Below, piece after piece: positions 1 through 9,996 of a stretch of 64,000 bases of DNA. A model generated the notes under the pieces. The model searched no databases and was not told the origin of the DNA. It was given only the letters and a program-made list of their open reading frames with translations. Position numbers and translations under genes: made by a program. Positions within the stretch are counted from its first letter, which is position 1; every line of letters starts with the position of its first letter. This DNA comes from Selaginella moellendorffii (lineage: Eukaryota > Plantae > Lycopodiophyta): positions 4,226,021 through 4,290,020 of the forward strand of contig NW_003314262.1 of assembly GCF_000143415.4 (NCBI RefSeq). Direction: 5' to 3'.

Positions 1-207
1 GGGGATTGGGAGAGATTTGGGAATCTGTAGATGGATGGCTAACACTCCGTTGCTCGTGCAGTAAGCAGCTGAAACCAAGTAGGACCAAGTAGGAGCTGGT
101 ACCATAGGCGAGAACCTTGGCGAGGGAACTTAGCACAAGCCAAGGCAGAGTTGGTCGGATAGGCGAGGTAAGCTGGCAAATTGGAAAGGAAAAATTTGTG
201 GCTTACA
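1..207 (+). repeat. 3' part of the 5' LTR of element A
   Basis: Ends ...GTGGCTTACA, followed by ATT and the PBS; same end as the LTR finishing at 12160. Confidence 0.95.
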
Positions 208-210
208 ATT

Positions 211-222
211 TGGTATCGGAGC
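211..222 (+). promoter_or_regulatory. Primer binding site (tRNA-iMet type)
   Basis: TGGTATCGGAGC 3 nt after the LTR end; one mismatch to canonical TGGTATCAGAGC. Confidence 0.9.
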
Positions 223-347
223 CTCTTCCTCACTTCTAGCGAAGGATAGAGGCGGATTGCTGAGAGAGGGCAAGGGCAGGACGTAAGCGAACCCAGGCAG
301 AGACGGAACCTCCTCCAGAGCTGGAGCCTCCGGTCGAACAGGAGGCG

Positions 348-3300
348 ATGGATGAGGAATCCTTGCATGAGGAGGACTCCAGTGACGCAACTTCCAAACA
401 GGAGTCTAGTGGTGAGGTTCGGTCATCCAAGGCTCGATTGGATGTTCTAGAAGGACAATTGGCACAGACCAATGCCCTGCTAGAGACTCTCGTACGCAAG
501 CTAAAGCGTGATGAGAAGCGGAAGAAAAAGCGAAAGACTACGGATGCTGGCAGTGCAGAAGGTGCGGACCCTTTGGCAGGGACTGAGGCAAAACCAAACA
601 AGGTCGAACAGACCGAAGTGGAATCAGTCCCTCAGGCAGTTCCCAAGTACAAACCAAAGCCCCCACCGGTCTTCAAGGGAGTGAACGACTATAAGGTGGT
701 GGAGGATTGGTTTTACGATATGGAGGACTACTTCCGAGCGTTGCGATTACCAAGCTCGGAGAAAGTCCCATGTGCAAAACCATACTTGGCAGGATAATGC
801 CAAGTCTTGGTGGAGAACGACAGAGGCCAACGAAGGACCGGTGGCCACTTGGGAAATGATGAAGGCGAGGATCCGCGCAACTTACGTTCCTCCAAATGCT
901 ACTCTGCATCTAAGGGACGAGCTGAGTAGGCTGAAGCAGACCGGAACCATTCAGGAGTATGTGAATGGGTTTATGGCAAAGAGAATACTTGTCACGGACA
1001 TGGGGGATATGGATGCGTTCCATGCCTTCATATCAGGTTTGCAAACCTGGGCTCGCGGTGAAGTAATGCGGTGGAACCCGACCAACTACAAAGAAGCGTT
1101 GGATGCGGCCATCAAGGTGCATTTCAACGATAACCTGCGAAAGGGGAACACGACGGGGTCGGGATCCACGTTTAGCAAAGGGGCCAAACCAAGGGGAACG
1201 TTTAGCAGAGGGAAATTCAAGACGAGTTTCTCTAAGAATGAGTCCTCGGGGTTCCGGAAAGGCAGATCCGGTGGCCAGCAAGCGAGTACGTGGGGGAGTC
1301 AAGCGAAAAGAGACAAACCCACGGATAAGAAGGTCAAGTCGTATAGCAGTGTGGGAAACAACGTATGCTACAACTGCGGTGAAGCGGGACACTTCTCGAG
1401 GGAATGTCCCTACCCGAAGAAGGCCAGAGCCAATATGGCCATCAAGTCGGGTGAAGTCCAAACTGAGGTATGTGATCCAGTCCCTAACTCAAAGTTACTC
1501 ATTACACGAGCAACTTTGGTAGAGAGTCGTTTGCGACATCTACTAGCCCTCCGAGGGAAGCTCGGAGGTAGCTTTGTTAAAATCCTTATTGACACGGGTG
1601 CTTCGGATAATTTTGTGGCTGCAGACATAGTCCGGCAAGCCGGACTAACGGTGCAGCGGCTAGGCGAACCAAGGACTATAGAGTTTGTTCAAGGTAGCCA
1701 AAGCACCGATGAGGTACTTCGACAAGCGAGAGTCGAAGTGGGGACTTGGAAGGTGGACATGGACTTCACCGTGTTGGACATGGCGGGATTTGACGTGATC
1801 TTCGAAATGGGCTGGTTCAATCGATTCGTGGTAGCCCTGCATGGACAAGGTAGAAACCTTGTGGTACTGGCGAATGCCCAAGGAAGAAGATCTAGGGTGG
1901 AGGCCCAAGATCTAAAGGTAGGGCAAAGCAAGGCCAAAGATTCCTACTTAAACCTGGTGTCCACAAGAGGACAACTCACTAAAGGAACTAAGGCGGCCTT
2001 TTTGTGCTTACTCTCGGTGAAGAGTGACAAAAAGACAGGAATGGAAGAAGTACCTTTAGTGATCCAGTGGGTGTTGGACCAATTCCAGGATACCATGCCG
2101 GAGGAGCTACCGGTGGGGCTACCCCCAGCACGACCGATAGAACATAAGATTGAGCTGGTCGAGGGTGCTGAGGCAGTGGTTCGTCCCCCTTATCGTTTGA
2201 ACGAAAAAGAACTCAAGGAGCTCAAGTGCCAACTAGAGGAGTTGGTGGACAAAGGGTATGTTAGGTTGAGCAAGTCGCCGTATGGGGTGCCGGTGTTATT
2301 TGTGAAAAAGAAAGATGGATCTATGCGCATGTGCATAGACTACCGGTTGCTCAACAAGTATACAAAGAAGAACAAGTACCCTTTGCCAAGGATTGAGGAC
2401 CTGTTCGATAGGTTGGGAAAGGCAAAATACTTCTCGAGGATTAACCTAAGGTCAGGATACTACCAGATCAGAGTAGCCGAGGAAGATGTCGAGAAGACAA
2501 CCTGTCGAACGAGGTATGGGAGCTTTGAGTTTCTGGTGATGCCCTTCGGGCTATATAATGCACCGGCAACGTTTTCGGTGCTAATGAACCACATCTTTGT
2601 ACCCTATCTGGATCACTTCGTGGTCGTTTATATCGACGACATCCTGATCTATAGTGAGATGCTAGAGGAGCATGCCGAACACTTGGCGAAGGTGTTTGAG
2701 AAACTAAGGGAACACAAGCTGTATGCTAAAGAGAGCAAATGTGACTTTGCTCAACAAGAGGTAAAGTTTCTCGGGCATGTGGTGGGCCAGGACGGGCTCA
2801 AGGTGGACCCGGAGAAGGTCCAAGCGATCCAGGAATGGGAGCGACCATCCAATGTACACGAGTTGAGGGCATTCCTGGGGCTATGCAACTACTATCGAAA
2901 GTTTATCAGACACTATTCGAGAGTAGCCCTGCCCTTAACGGACCAAACAGGAAAAGGGAAGATGGTGTGGACAGCGGAATGCGAGGCGGCATTCATCCAC
3001 CTCAAAGGGAAGTTGAGGAAGGCTCCCGTATTGGCATTACCAGACTTTGGTAAGGACTTTGAGGTAGAAACGGATGCTTCGGACTTTGCGTTGGGCGCAG
3101 TTTTGAAGCAAGACTACCATCCGGTAGCGTTCTTCTCGAAGAAGCTGGACAAGGCTCAACAGAAGTGGCCTGCCCACGAGAAGGAATTGTTTGCGGTGGT
3201 CAAGGCGCTCAAGGAGTGGCGACACTACCTTGGGAGACACTTCAAGGTTTACACGGACAATGTGGCAATGAAACACTTCTTGTCACAGCCCGACCTAAGA

Positions 3301-4444
3301 GGGAAACAAGGTCGGTGGGCCAATGCCTTGGCCGAGTTTGATTGCGAAATTCTGTACAAGCCTGGGAAGAGCAACATCGTGGCGGATGCGCTAAGTCGAA
3401 AAGCGAGCTTGAGGTTGGCAATATCCAGCGCAATAGCAACCTTCTGGGACGATGTGCGGACAGCATATGAGAACGATGGTCTAGCACAGGAAGTGTTGCT
3501 GAGGAATCTAGAGGCGCGGGAAGCTCACCAGAGAGGTGAGCTGCCAACGGAAGAGAAAACGGGCTATGCGGAACACAACGGACTCATTTATTACAAGCAA
3601 ACGAGGGTGTATGTTCCAGAAGGGGAACTAAGGAAGGTGGCCTTAGAAGAGTGTCATGACGGACCTCTTGCGGGACACGGTGGAGTGCCCAAGACGATAG
3701 GCTTACTCAAAAGGAAGTACCATTGGCCAGATATGGCTAAGGACGTCCAAGACTATGTAAAGACATGTCCAACATGTCAGCAGGTAAAAGCCGTGACTAA
3801 GGCTAGTGGGGGCTTGTTGCAAAGCATCCCAATTCCAGATCGCCCGTGGAAATGTCTTACGATGGACTTCATCACGGGACTCCCCCCAAGCGAGGGGTTT
3901 GATGCGATATTCGTGGTGGTGGACCGATTTTCGAAAATGGCACACTTCATACCCACCACAACGGAGGTGGATGCGGAAGGTGTGGCGAAGCTGTTCTTCG
4001 AGCAAGTGGTTCGAGTGCGGGGAAGACCAGAAGATATCATCTCAGATCGAGATAAGATCTTCACTAGTAGGTTCTGGAGGACTCTCCTAGAACAGTATCG
4101 CACCAAGTTGAAATTCAGCACAGCCTATCACCCACAGACAGGTATGGGGTATTAAGTCAAGTTGTTGGCACTAACACTTCTTGACAGACGGACAAACGGA
4201 AAGGGTGAATAGGCAGTTGGAGGATTATTTGCGATGCTATGTCTCGGGAAACCAGACCGATTGGGTAAGTCATTTGGGACTTGCGGAAATGTGTTATAAC
4301 AACTCACCACATTCGAGTATCGAGGTGAGTCCATGGGAAGTTATCAATGGGCGAGCTATTGAAGGTCCTGTGGAACTCGGCGTGGCCGAGTATCATGGAG
4401 AGTTGCCCACAGTGGAGGCATTCACGGTGGAAAGACTCAGCATT
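348..4444 (+). CDS. Gag-Pol polyprotein of element A (gag, CCHC, protease, RT, RNase H, integrase N/core); 1-nt frameshift near 790; intron 4142-4187; cut by the PLE at 4445
   Basis: [14 protein letters not shown] knuckle, LIDTGAS protease, YIDD RT, ETDASD RNase H, H-H-C-C zinc finger, MDF / SDRD integrase residues; HPQT-DGQTER rejoined by splicing. Decayed copies near 56830 and 58750 lack the extra base at about 790. Confidence 0.92.
4142..4187 (+). other. Spliceosomal-type intron 1 in integrase (46 nt)
   Basis: GTATGG...CACTAAC...TTGACAG; removal gives ACA G|AC GGA CAA ACG GAA AGG = HPQTDGQTER; in-frame TAA inside. Confidence 0.85.
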
Positions 4445-4447
4445 AAT

Positions 4448-4758
4448 CACACAGGAGTTCGCGATTAATCTCCCCGACAAGATCACCACAATCTATACGG
4501 GAGATATCACAAAGTGCTACGAGGCCATCCCCCTCGAGGGAGATCAAGGCCTCACGACAGCCATGACAAACCTCGTCAATTTGGCTTTCGCGCACCAAAA
4601 CCACCTCCATAAGGACCTTTTTCTGATTCAAAAGAAGAACGGCGAGCTTGAGGCCGAATGGAAACCTCTACGCCACTCATCAGTGAAGGCCACCAGAATG
4701 GATCCAACAAAAGTCATCGAGCTAAATCACTTCATTATCCGGAACACATACGTCCGGC
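4448..4758 (+). repeat. 311 bp direct repeat, left copy (RT coding sequence)
   Basis: Matches 9686-9996 with 5 transitions. Confidence 0.97.
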
Positions 4759-5510
4759 TGGGTGACAGAGTATGGAGACAAGTCCGAGGGATTCCTATGG
4801 GCTTCTCGTGCTTGCCTCTGTGGTGTAACCTGTACCTATTCTATTTCGAGTATAACTTTATCACTCGACTCGCTCGTCTAGGCCGGTATGATCTGCTGCG
4901 CTTATTCGAACATACATTCCGATACATGGACGATCTGGCGTCAATGAATAACCCCATGATCCTCCGATTCCTTGACCCCGATCAAGTCGAATCCGAAGGA
5001 AATCCATTCTGGATATATCCATTACGTTTCCTGGCCATGCAGAACGAGATGGATAATCCATTCGTGAACACGGACGGCTCGCTCGTGAATCTGTCTGCTC
5101 ACTTCTTGAGCCTTCAGATTCAGATCATACGAGTTGATGGTACCTTCTTAACCACAAAATATGACAAGCGCCGATCACTTCCATTCAAAGTCTCGCTGTA
5201 CATTCATCGAGATTCAAACCGGCCCGTTGCAAACTCATCCAAGGTGATCCTGGGGCAAGTCTTTGCGCTTTTCTATCTGATTAATACCGCCGGTGGTGTC
5301 GTCCTTGAGATTGATAATCTCGTTGAATGCTTCGTGGAAAAAGGATTCCATCGCTATGCATTGAGACGACTCATCCTCAGTGGTCTGGATCGTATCATTC
5401 TCACCAGCCCCCTGACACCGGTACAAGCAGTCTTGGAAATTCTCTTTGACATCTGGAGAGAACCAGCCAATAGGCCACCACAGCTCGACGACTCAGCAAT
5501 TTCAAGCTGA
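4448..5510 (+). CDS. PLE reverse transcriptase, C-terminal half (palm and thumb)
   Basis: YTGDITKCYEAIP, WRQVRGIPMGFS, FRYMDDL, YDKRR, YIHRDSNRP; stop at 5508-5510 with no endonuclease after it. Confidence 0.9.
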
Positions 5511-6991
5511 GCACCAGGAACTCTGTCCTCTAGACAGGACGATCCATCAATTTAGCATCATATCGAAACATAATAGATTCGATATTTATGCCGTTTTGGA
5601 TTGTGAACAACAAAAGAATTAGTTCCCCCAAACTTACCATGCAGTCCTTGGTTACGCGCTGAACTAAAAAACGCAAGCGCACCTTTGACTACAACTGTGT
5701 TTTGATTGATAAAAATTAAAAAACAACACAAGTTGCTGTTCTCTCACTCTGAGACAGATCCCACGCCTTAACCACAGCAAGGTCTTCCTTAAAAACAAAT
5801 TTTTAAAGGAAACCTTACTTACAGAAAACTCTGTTTTCCCATGAATAAACTAATGGGACACATGAGTAGACGTGGCATGGTAAAAAACAAAACCTTGGAT
5901 TCCTCACAGAATCTCGCGCGAAGAAACACGCCGTACGGATTGGCAAACCTAATTACAAGCTATAGCTATTCGACTTCATGGCTGCGGGCGCTGGATTTTC
6001 TCACACCGAAAGGTATGAAGCGACGGGAAAAACCCTAATGTTAGGGTTTCTCGCTTGCATCCGCCGCCGCCGCATTCTCCAGGAGCGCATCCACAAGCAG
6101 AGCAATCTTGGGCCGCTGCAAGGCTGTGTGCTAGCACAACCACGCACACTTCTCGCCCACTCCAGGATCAACAGCCGCTTCATTGCGCACCGCAAGAATG
6201 AGCAGCGCCAACGAAGTGCTTGTTTGGGGATAGCTCAAAACGAGCTTACACCCACCACTAAGGTCGCGAGGAATCTCACTACCGCATTCCTGGCCACGCA
6301 AAAACAGGTACAAACGATTCGTTTTGCTGCTTTTTTTTTACCCTTGGCCTGTAGGAATCTCTCTCGGCCAGAGCGCTGGAACTAAACACCACAGCGACAC
6401 AAGGGGTTCTTACTGACTCTGCCCAGGTAGTGCTTGTACTCTCGACTGTTCCAGCTTCTAATCATCCGCTTAGAAAAAAGACGGGATGACAGCGACTGGT
6501 CCAGACGGCGAGATCCATGAGTCAACGGATAGCGATCAGGTTGAGCATGTTCCTTAGCTCTAATCTTTGGAAGTCACTTCTGATGTGCAGCCGGACATGT
6601 ACCTGAGTACATTGGCTCGTGAGCATCAGTCGCGCAAATCTCAGTTCAGTTTTGAGACCTAGCTTTGTACTTTCACAAAATGAGAGATAGAGCTAGCGGA
6701 GATTGCATTACTAATCCTCGTCTTCCATGATACAGGTACCCCCCGGACACCCAAACCGTAGGAGGTGACATAGGAATTGTCTAGGGAAATCGTTATGGTC
6801 GTGGTCGGTACCGGGTTACCGGGCGGATGATCCTATGCCTCGGACGAATGTACCGAAAACGACCTAGTCGATCTGCTTAACCAAAAATACCCACGAGGGA
6901 CAGCTGTGCCAGGGTGTGATACCTGGCTGCCGATACAAAATGCCATGCGATCCATCCCTACTTTCCCGCCGTACCGGATATGGACTGATGC

Positions 6992-8560
6992 GTGGCTTTC
7001 CAGGATTTCTGGCTACCCGAGATGACGGAGTACGCGAACACTGATGATTTTGTGGCTCCCGTCCCGGCAGTGCAGTACTTCTTACTGCTGTTAGCCGCAA
7101 AGAAACCTGAGCGCTTACGTGAGATTTTTGCATATGAGAAAAACATTGCGGACAAGCTGCTCACGGTGCCGGAATCCGAGGCAGTTGGCGAGAACAAGCG
7201 ATACCTCTGCCTCTTCCAGCAGGTTGAAACCAAAGAATGGTGGTGCCTAGTCTGGACACTCCTTACCGATCGAGTCAATGATAACCAGGCTCTACTACGA
7301 CAGTGGATGGCGGACATGGAAAAAGAACTCGTTAATTTCTCCTCCGCCGAACCAAGGATCACTTGGAAAATGCTCCAATGGTCCCAAGAATACAACCGGG
7401 TTACAGGGTATAAAGGCTCGTACGGGAAAGGTATTGATCTGGGAAAACCACAGATCGACCTCAGCAATGGTTTTGAGTTCCTGAGCCAGAGTGCACGGAC
7501 GCTCATGACTGGACTCATCCCATCACAGCCGGATACTCTAGAAGGAGCAAACGTGGACCGCATTGATAATGGTCGTATCATGTTTGACCCGTTGGAGAAT
7601 TTGAGTGGATGGAAATTTCCCTTCGCCACCACAAGAGTTCTCAATGCAGCCTCCCACCGCCTTCCAGAACCGCATAAGTTTTGGACGCTAACGAATCCTT
7701 TAGGATGGACATCCCCCTTGGAGGCATCCGACTGGATCCAGATGGTGGCTTTGTTACGACCGGATGCAGTACAGTGGTCAAAACAGACACTGGAAGCATC
7801 TTACCGACATGCAACGTTGGGAAACTATGCTTACAAACCAGCAATCCCGTTCCAAAAGACCGCGGATGAGGTTTTCAAGCAGGCTGCTTTCCATGGACGC
7901 TGTGATGGCGATGCCTTTTTGAATACAAAAAGCTGGAACCTATCACAAGGAGATCAACATACATGGAATCAGCTTCGACCGTACTGTCGCTGCGATTGCC
8001 AGGGATGTGAAGGAGGAATTGTCTGGCTTGACTCCTTGTTCTGGTACATGCTTAACAACCTGGACAAGTACTGGCCAGATTCAAGCTTGACGTCGTCAGA
8101 CCGCCTCGCCATCTTCCTGTCCCTACTTACGGCTAATCCGCAAGTGATCCTCCAGATAGCTGCCTTCCTTCAAATTCGAGAATGGATGCAAGCAGCGGCT
8201 ATTGAGGTGGCGAAAAAACCAGCCAACCCGGATCTGGAGTTCATCCCGCATGGGCAGACCAAGATGAATATATGCAAGTTCATCCCCGTCCAACAGTACC
8301 GATCCCCAACGACTTCACGATGTGATGGTAGCGAAAGCAATGGAGCTTTCTCACCCACACCGTCCTCACAACGCACGCTGGCGAGGTCTCGAGGCTTACC
8401 ACCTAATCGGAAACGTGATCGTCCCGATGGACAAACATCCACGGGGCTGACATCACAGGAGACGGGCACACCACCATCAATCTCCAAGACATCCGAGGCC
8501 AATGCAAGCTCAAACAAACAGAGGCTACGCAAAAGGCTCGGTGCAAGAAAGCAGCGATAA
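6992..8560 (+). CDS. PLE ORF1, unknown function (probably begins near 6795 across a nonsense codon and a frameshift)
   Basis: 522 aa open frame inside the PLE with a CRCDCQGC cluster and a basic NLS-like tail; an upstream frame (6831-7023) would join it through a 1-nt indel near 6997. Confidence 0.7.
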   Translation: MAFQDFWLPEMTEYANTDDFVAPVPAVQYFLLLLAAKKPERLREIFAYEKNIADKLLTVPESEAVGENKRYLCLFQQVETKEWWCLVWTLLTDRVNDNQALLRQWMADMEKELVNFSSAEPRITWKMLQWSQEYNRVTGYKGSYGKGIDLGKPQIDLSNGFEFLSQSARTLMTGLIPSQPDTLEGANVDRIDNGRIMFDPLENLSGWKFPFATTRVLNAASHRLPEPHKFWTLTNPLGWTSPLEASDWIQMVALLRPDAVQWSKQTLEASYRHATLGNYAYKPAIPFQKTADEVFKQAAFHGRCDGDAFLNTKSWNLSQGDQHTWNQLRPYCRCDCQGCEGGIVWLDSLFWYMLNNLDKYWPDSSLTSSDRLAIFLSLLTANPQVILQIAAFLQIREWMQAAAIEVAKKPANPDLEFIPHGQTKMNICKFIPVQQYRSPTTSRCDGSESNGAFSPTPSSQRTLARSRGLPPNRKRDRPDGQTSTGLTSQETGTPPSISKTSEANASSNKQRLRKRLGARKQR

Positions 8561-8627
8561 ATAAATTTCTGTTTTCTTCTTCCATGATTGGTAGCTAATG
8601 AAAGTGCTCTCGTGATTGCTTCCACAG

Positions 8628-9996
8628 TGTACTTTACACTACATCCATCATTTGGCCGGACGTAAATGGTTGGTCAAAGAGGGAACGGAGTGTGAACGAA
8701 AATTCGTACACCTCCGATATATTAGCGCCGGATTCGAGAGGATCAGTATCCGCACCCTTATGAGGGAATGCCTGGAAATGATTGGCCTAGATGCGGAACT
8801 CCTGGATCCCATCGTATTTTGCTGGAGGTATGAACCCCAGATCAAACACGACTTTTATAAACCCAAGGAGGTTTTCTGTAACTGGGACACTCATGCACCA
8901 CTGGTTTGCGAATGCAAACGATGGCCATGGGTGGCTTACCTCGACGAGACTGGACATGTGCGTACTTTGGATCCAAAGATCCTTGGCTCACGCATACTCA
9001 CGACTGTCATCGAGAAAGGTCTCAATCACATCACCCCAAAACCACTCCAGACAGCAAAAATCATTGCTGAAGTCTGTGAAGCCTGGGATCGGATTGCCAG
9101 TATGATCCCCGATGTCTACATCCGTAACTGGCCTAGCAACGAAGCTGCTGTTAAACAGCATATCAATTACCGGGTCCGAATGGCAGTACAAAATTGTCAG
9201 ACCACCCTGATGGTAGATGTGATGACCACCCCTGAGGCAAAGCGGCAATTAGAGTGGGTACATAAACACTTGTACATCAGTGGCGCCGATAAAGCGGCCA
9301 ACACACCCACCTTCTTTTGCAAAACGTTGGCCCGGGAGCAAGCGCTTGCACGGATGAATAGTGACGACTTTTCACTAGTAGTCTCGGACAATAATGTCCC
9401 TGAGACGCCTGAGCAAGTTGTAAAACAACTGCTCGGTGAACCACCCTTACAGGAATTCCCGCCGCAGAAACCAGATCTCCCTTACCTTATGGGAATCTAT
9501 AAAGCGCACAAGAATAAAATGCACTGGTTAACGAATGCGGATGGATGTGTCTTCTCTGAAATCACATTTTGCCTCACAGCTATCCTGAAAGGAATACAGG
9601 AGGCGCTACAAAACGTAGCCGATGATTTCTATGCACGGGCAAAATTCTTTGGAGGAAAAACGAACACGTGCTGGATCCTTGGATCCACACAGGAGTTCGC
9701 GATTAATCTCCCCGACAAGATCACCACGATCTATACAAGAGATATCACAAAGTGCTACGAGGCCATCCCCCTCGAGGGAGATCAAGGCCTCACGACAGCT
9801 ATGACAAACCTCGTCAATTTGGCTTTCGCGCACCAAAACCACCTCCATAAGGACCTTTTTCTGATTCAAAAGAAGAACGGTGAGCTTGAGGCCGAATGGA
9901 AACCTCTACGCCACTCATCAGTGAAGGCCACCAGAATGGATCCAACAAAAGTCATCGAGCTAAATCACTTCATTATCCGGAACACATACGTCCGGC
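8628..9996 (+). CDS. PLE reverse transcriptase, N-terminal half
   Basis: CECKRWPW..GHVRTLD..KGLNH, GADKAAN, PYLMGIYKAHK; preceded by a GCTAAT...TCCACAG acceptor; runs into the repeated RT segment. Confidence 0.85.
9686..9996 (+). repeat. 311 bp direct repeat, right copy
   Basis: Matches 4448-4758. Confidence 0.97.

Larger units (their letters stand above)
4445..9996 (+). mobile_element. Endonuclease-deficient Penelope-like retroelement, circularly permuted (about 1.06 units of a 5238 bp monomer)
   Basis: PLE-type RT motifs (CEC..GHVRT..KG, ADKA, DITKCY, GIPMG, FRYMDD, YDKR) and no GIY-YIG seen. RT C-half precedes ORF1 and the RT N-half; 311 bp direct repeats; GCATT at both junctions. Confidence 0.88.

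Noticed and set aside
785-797. Programmed frameshift between ORFs 348-797 and 772-4155
   Set aside because: It lies mid-gag with no slippery site, and two decayed copies in the window have one base fewer and read through, so it is a private insertion or sequencing error.
4675-4690. Hammerhead ribozyme (CTGATGAG on the minus strand in the PLE repeat)
   Set aside because: No downstream GAAA core or stems; it lies in RT coding sequence. No canonical hammerhead core was seen in 5510-6900 either.
6736-6855. HDV-like ribozyme or other structured RNA in the PLE 5' region
   Set aside because: Some stems can form (CATAGGA/TCCTATG, CCCGG/CCGGG) but I could not fit the nested double pseudoknot by eye; needs a descriptor search.
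6828-6988. Selenocysteine read-through of TGA codons upstream of PLE ORF1
   Set aside because: Land plants lack the Sec machinery, and CGA>TGA deamination explains the stops.
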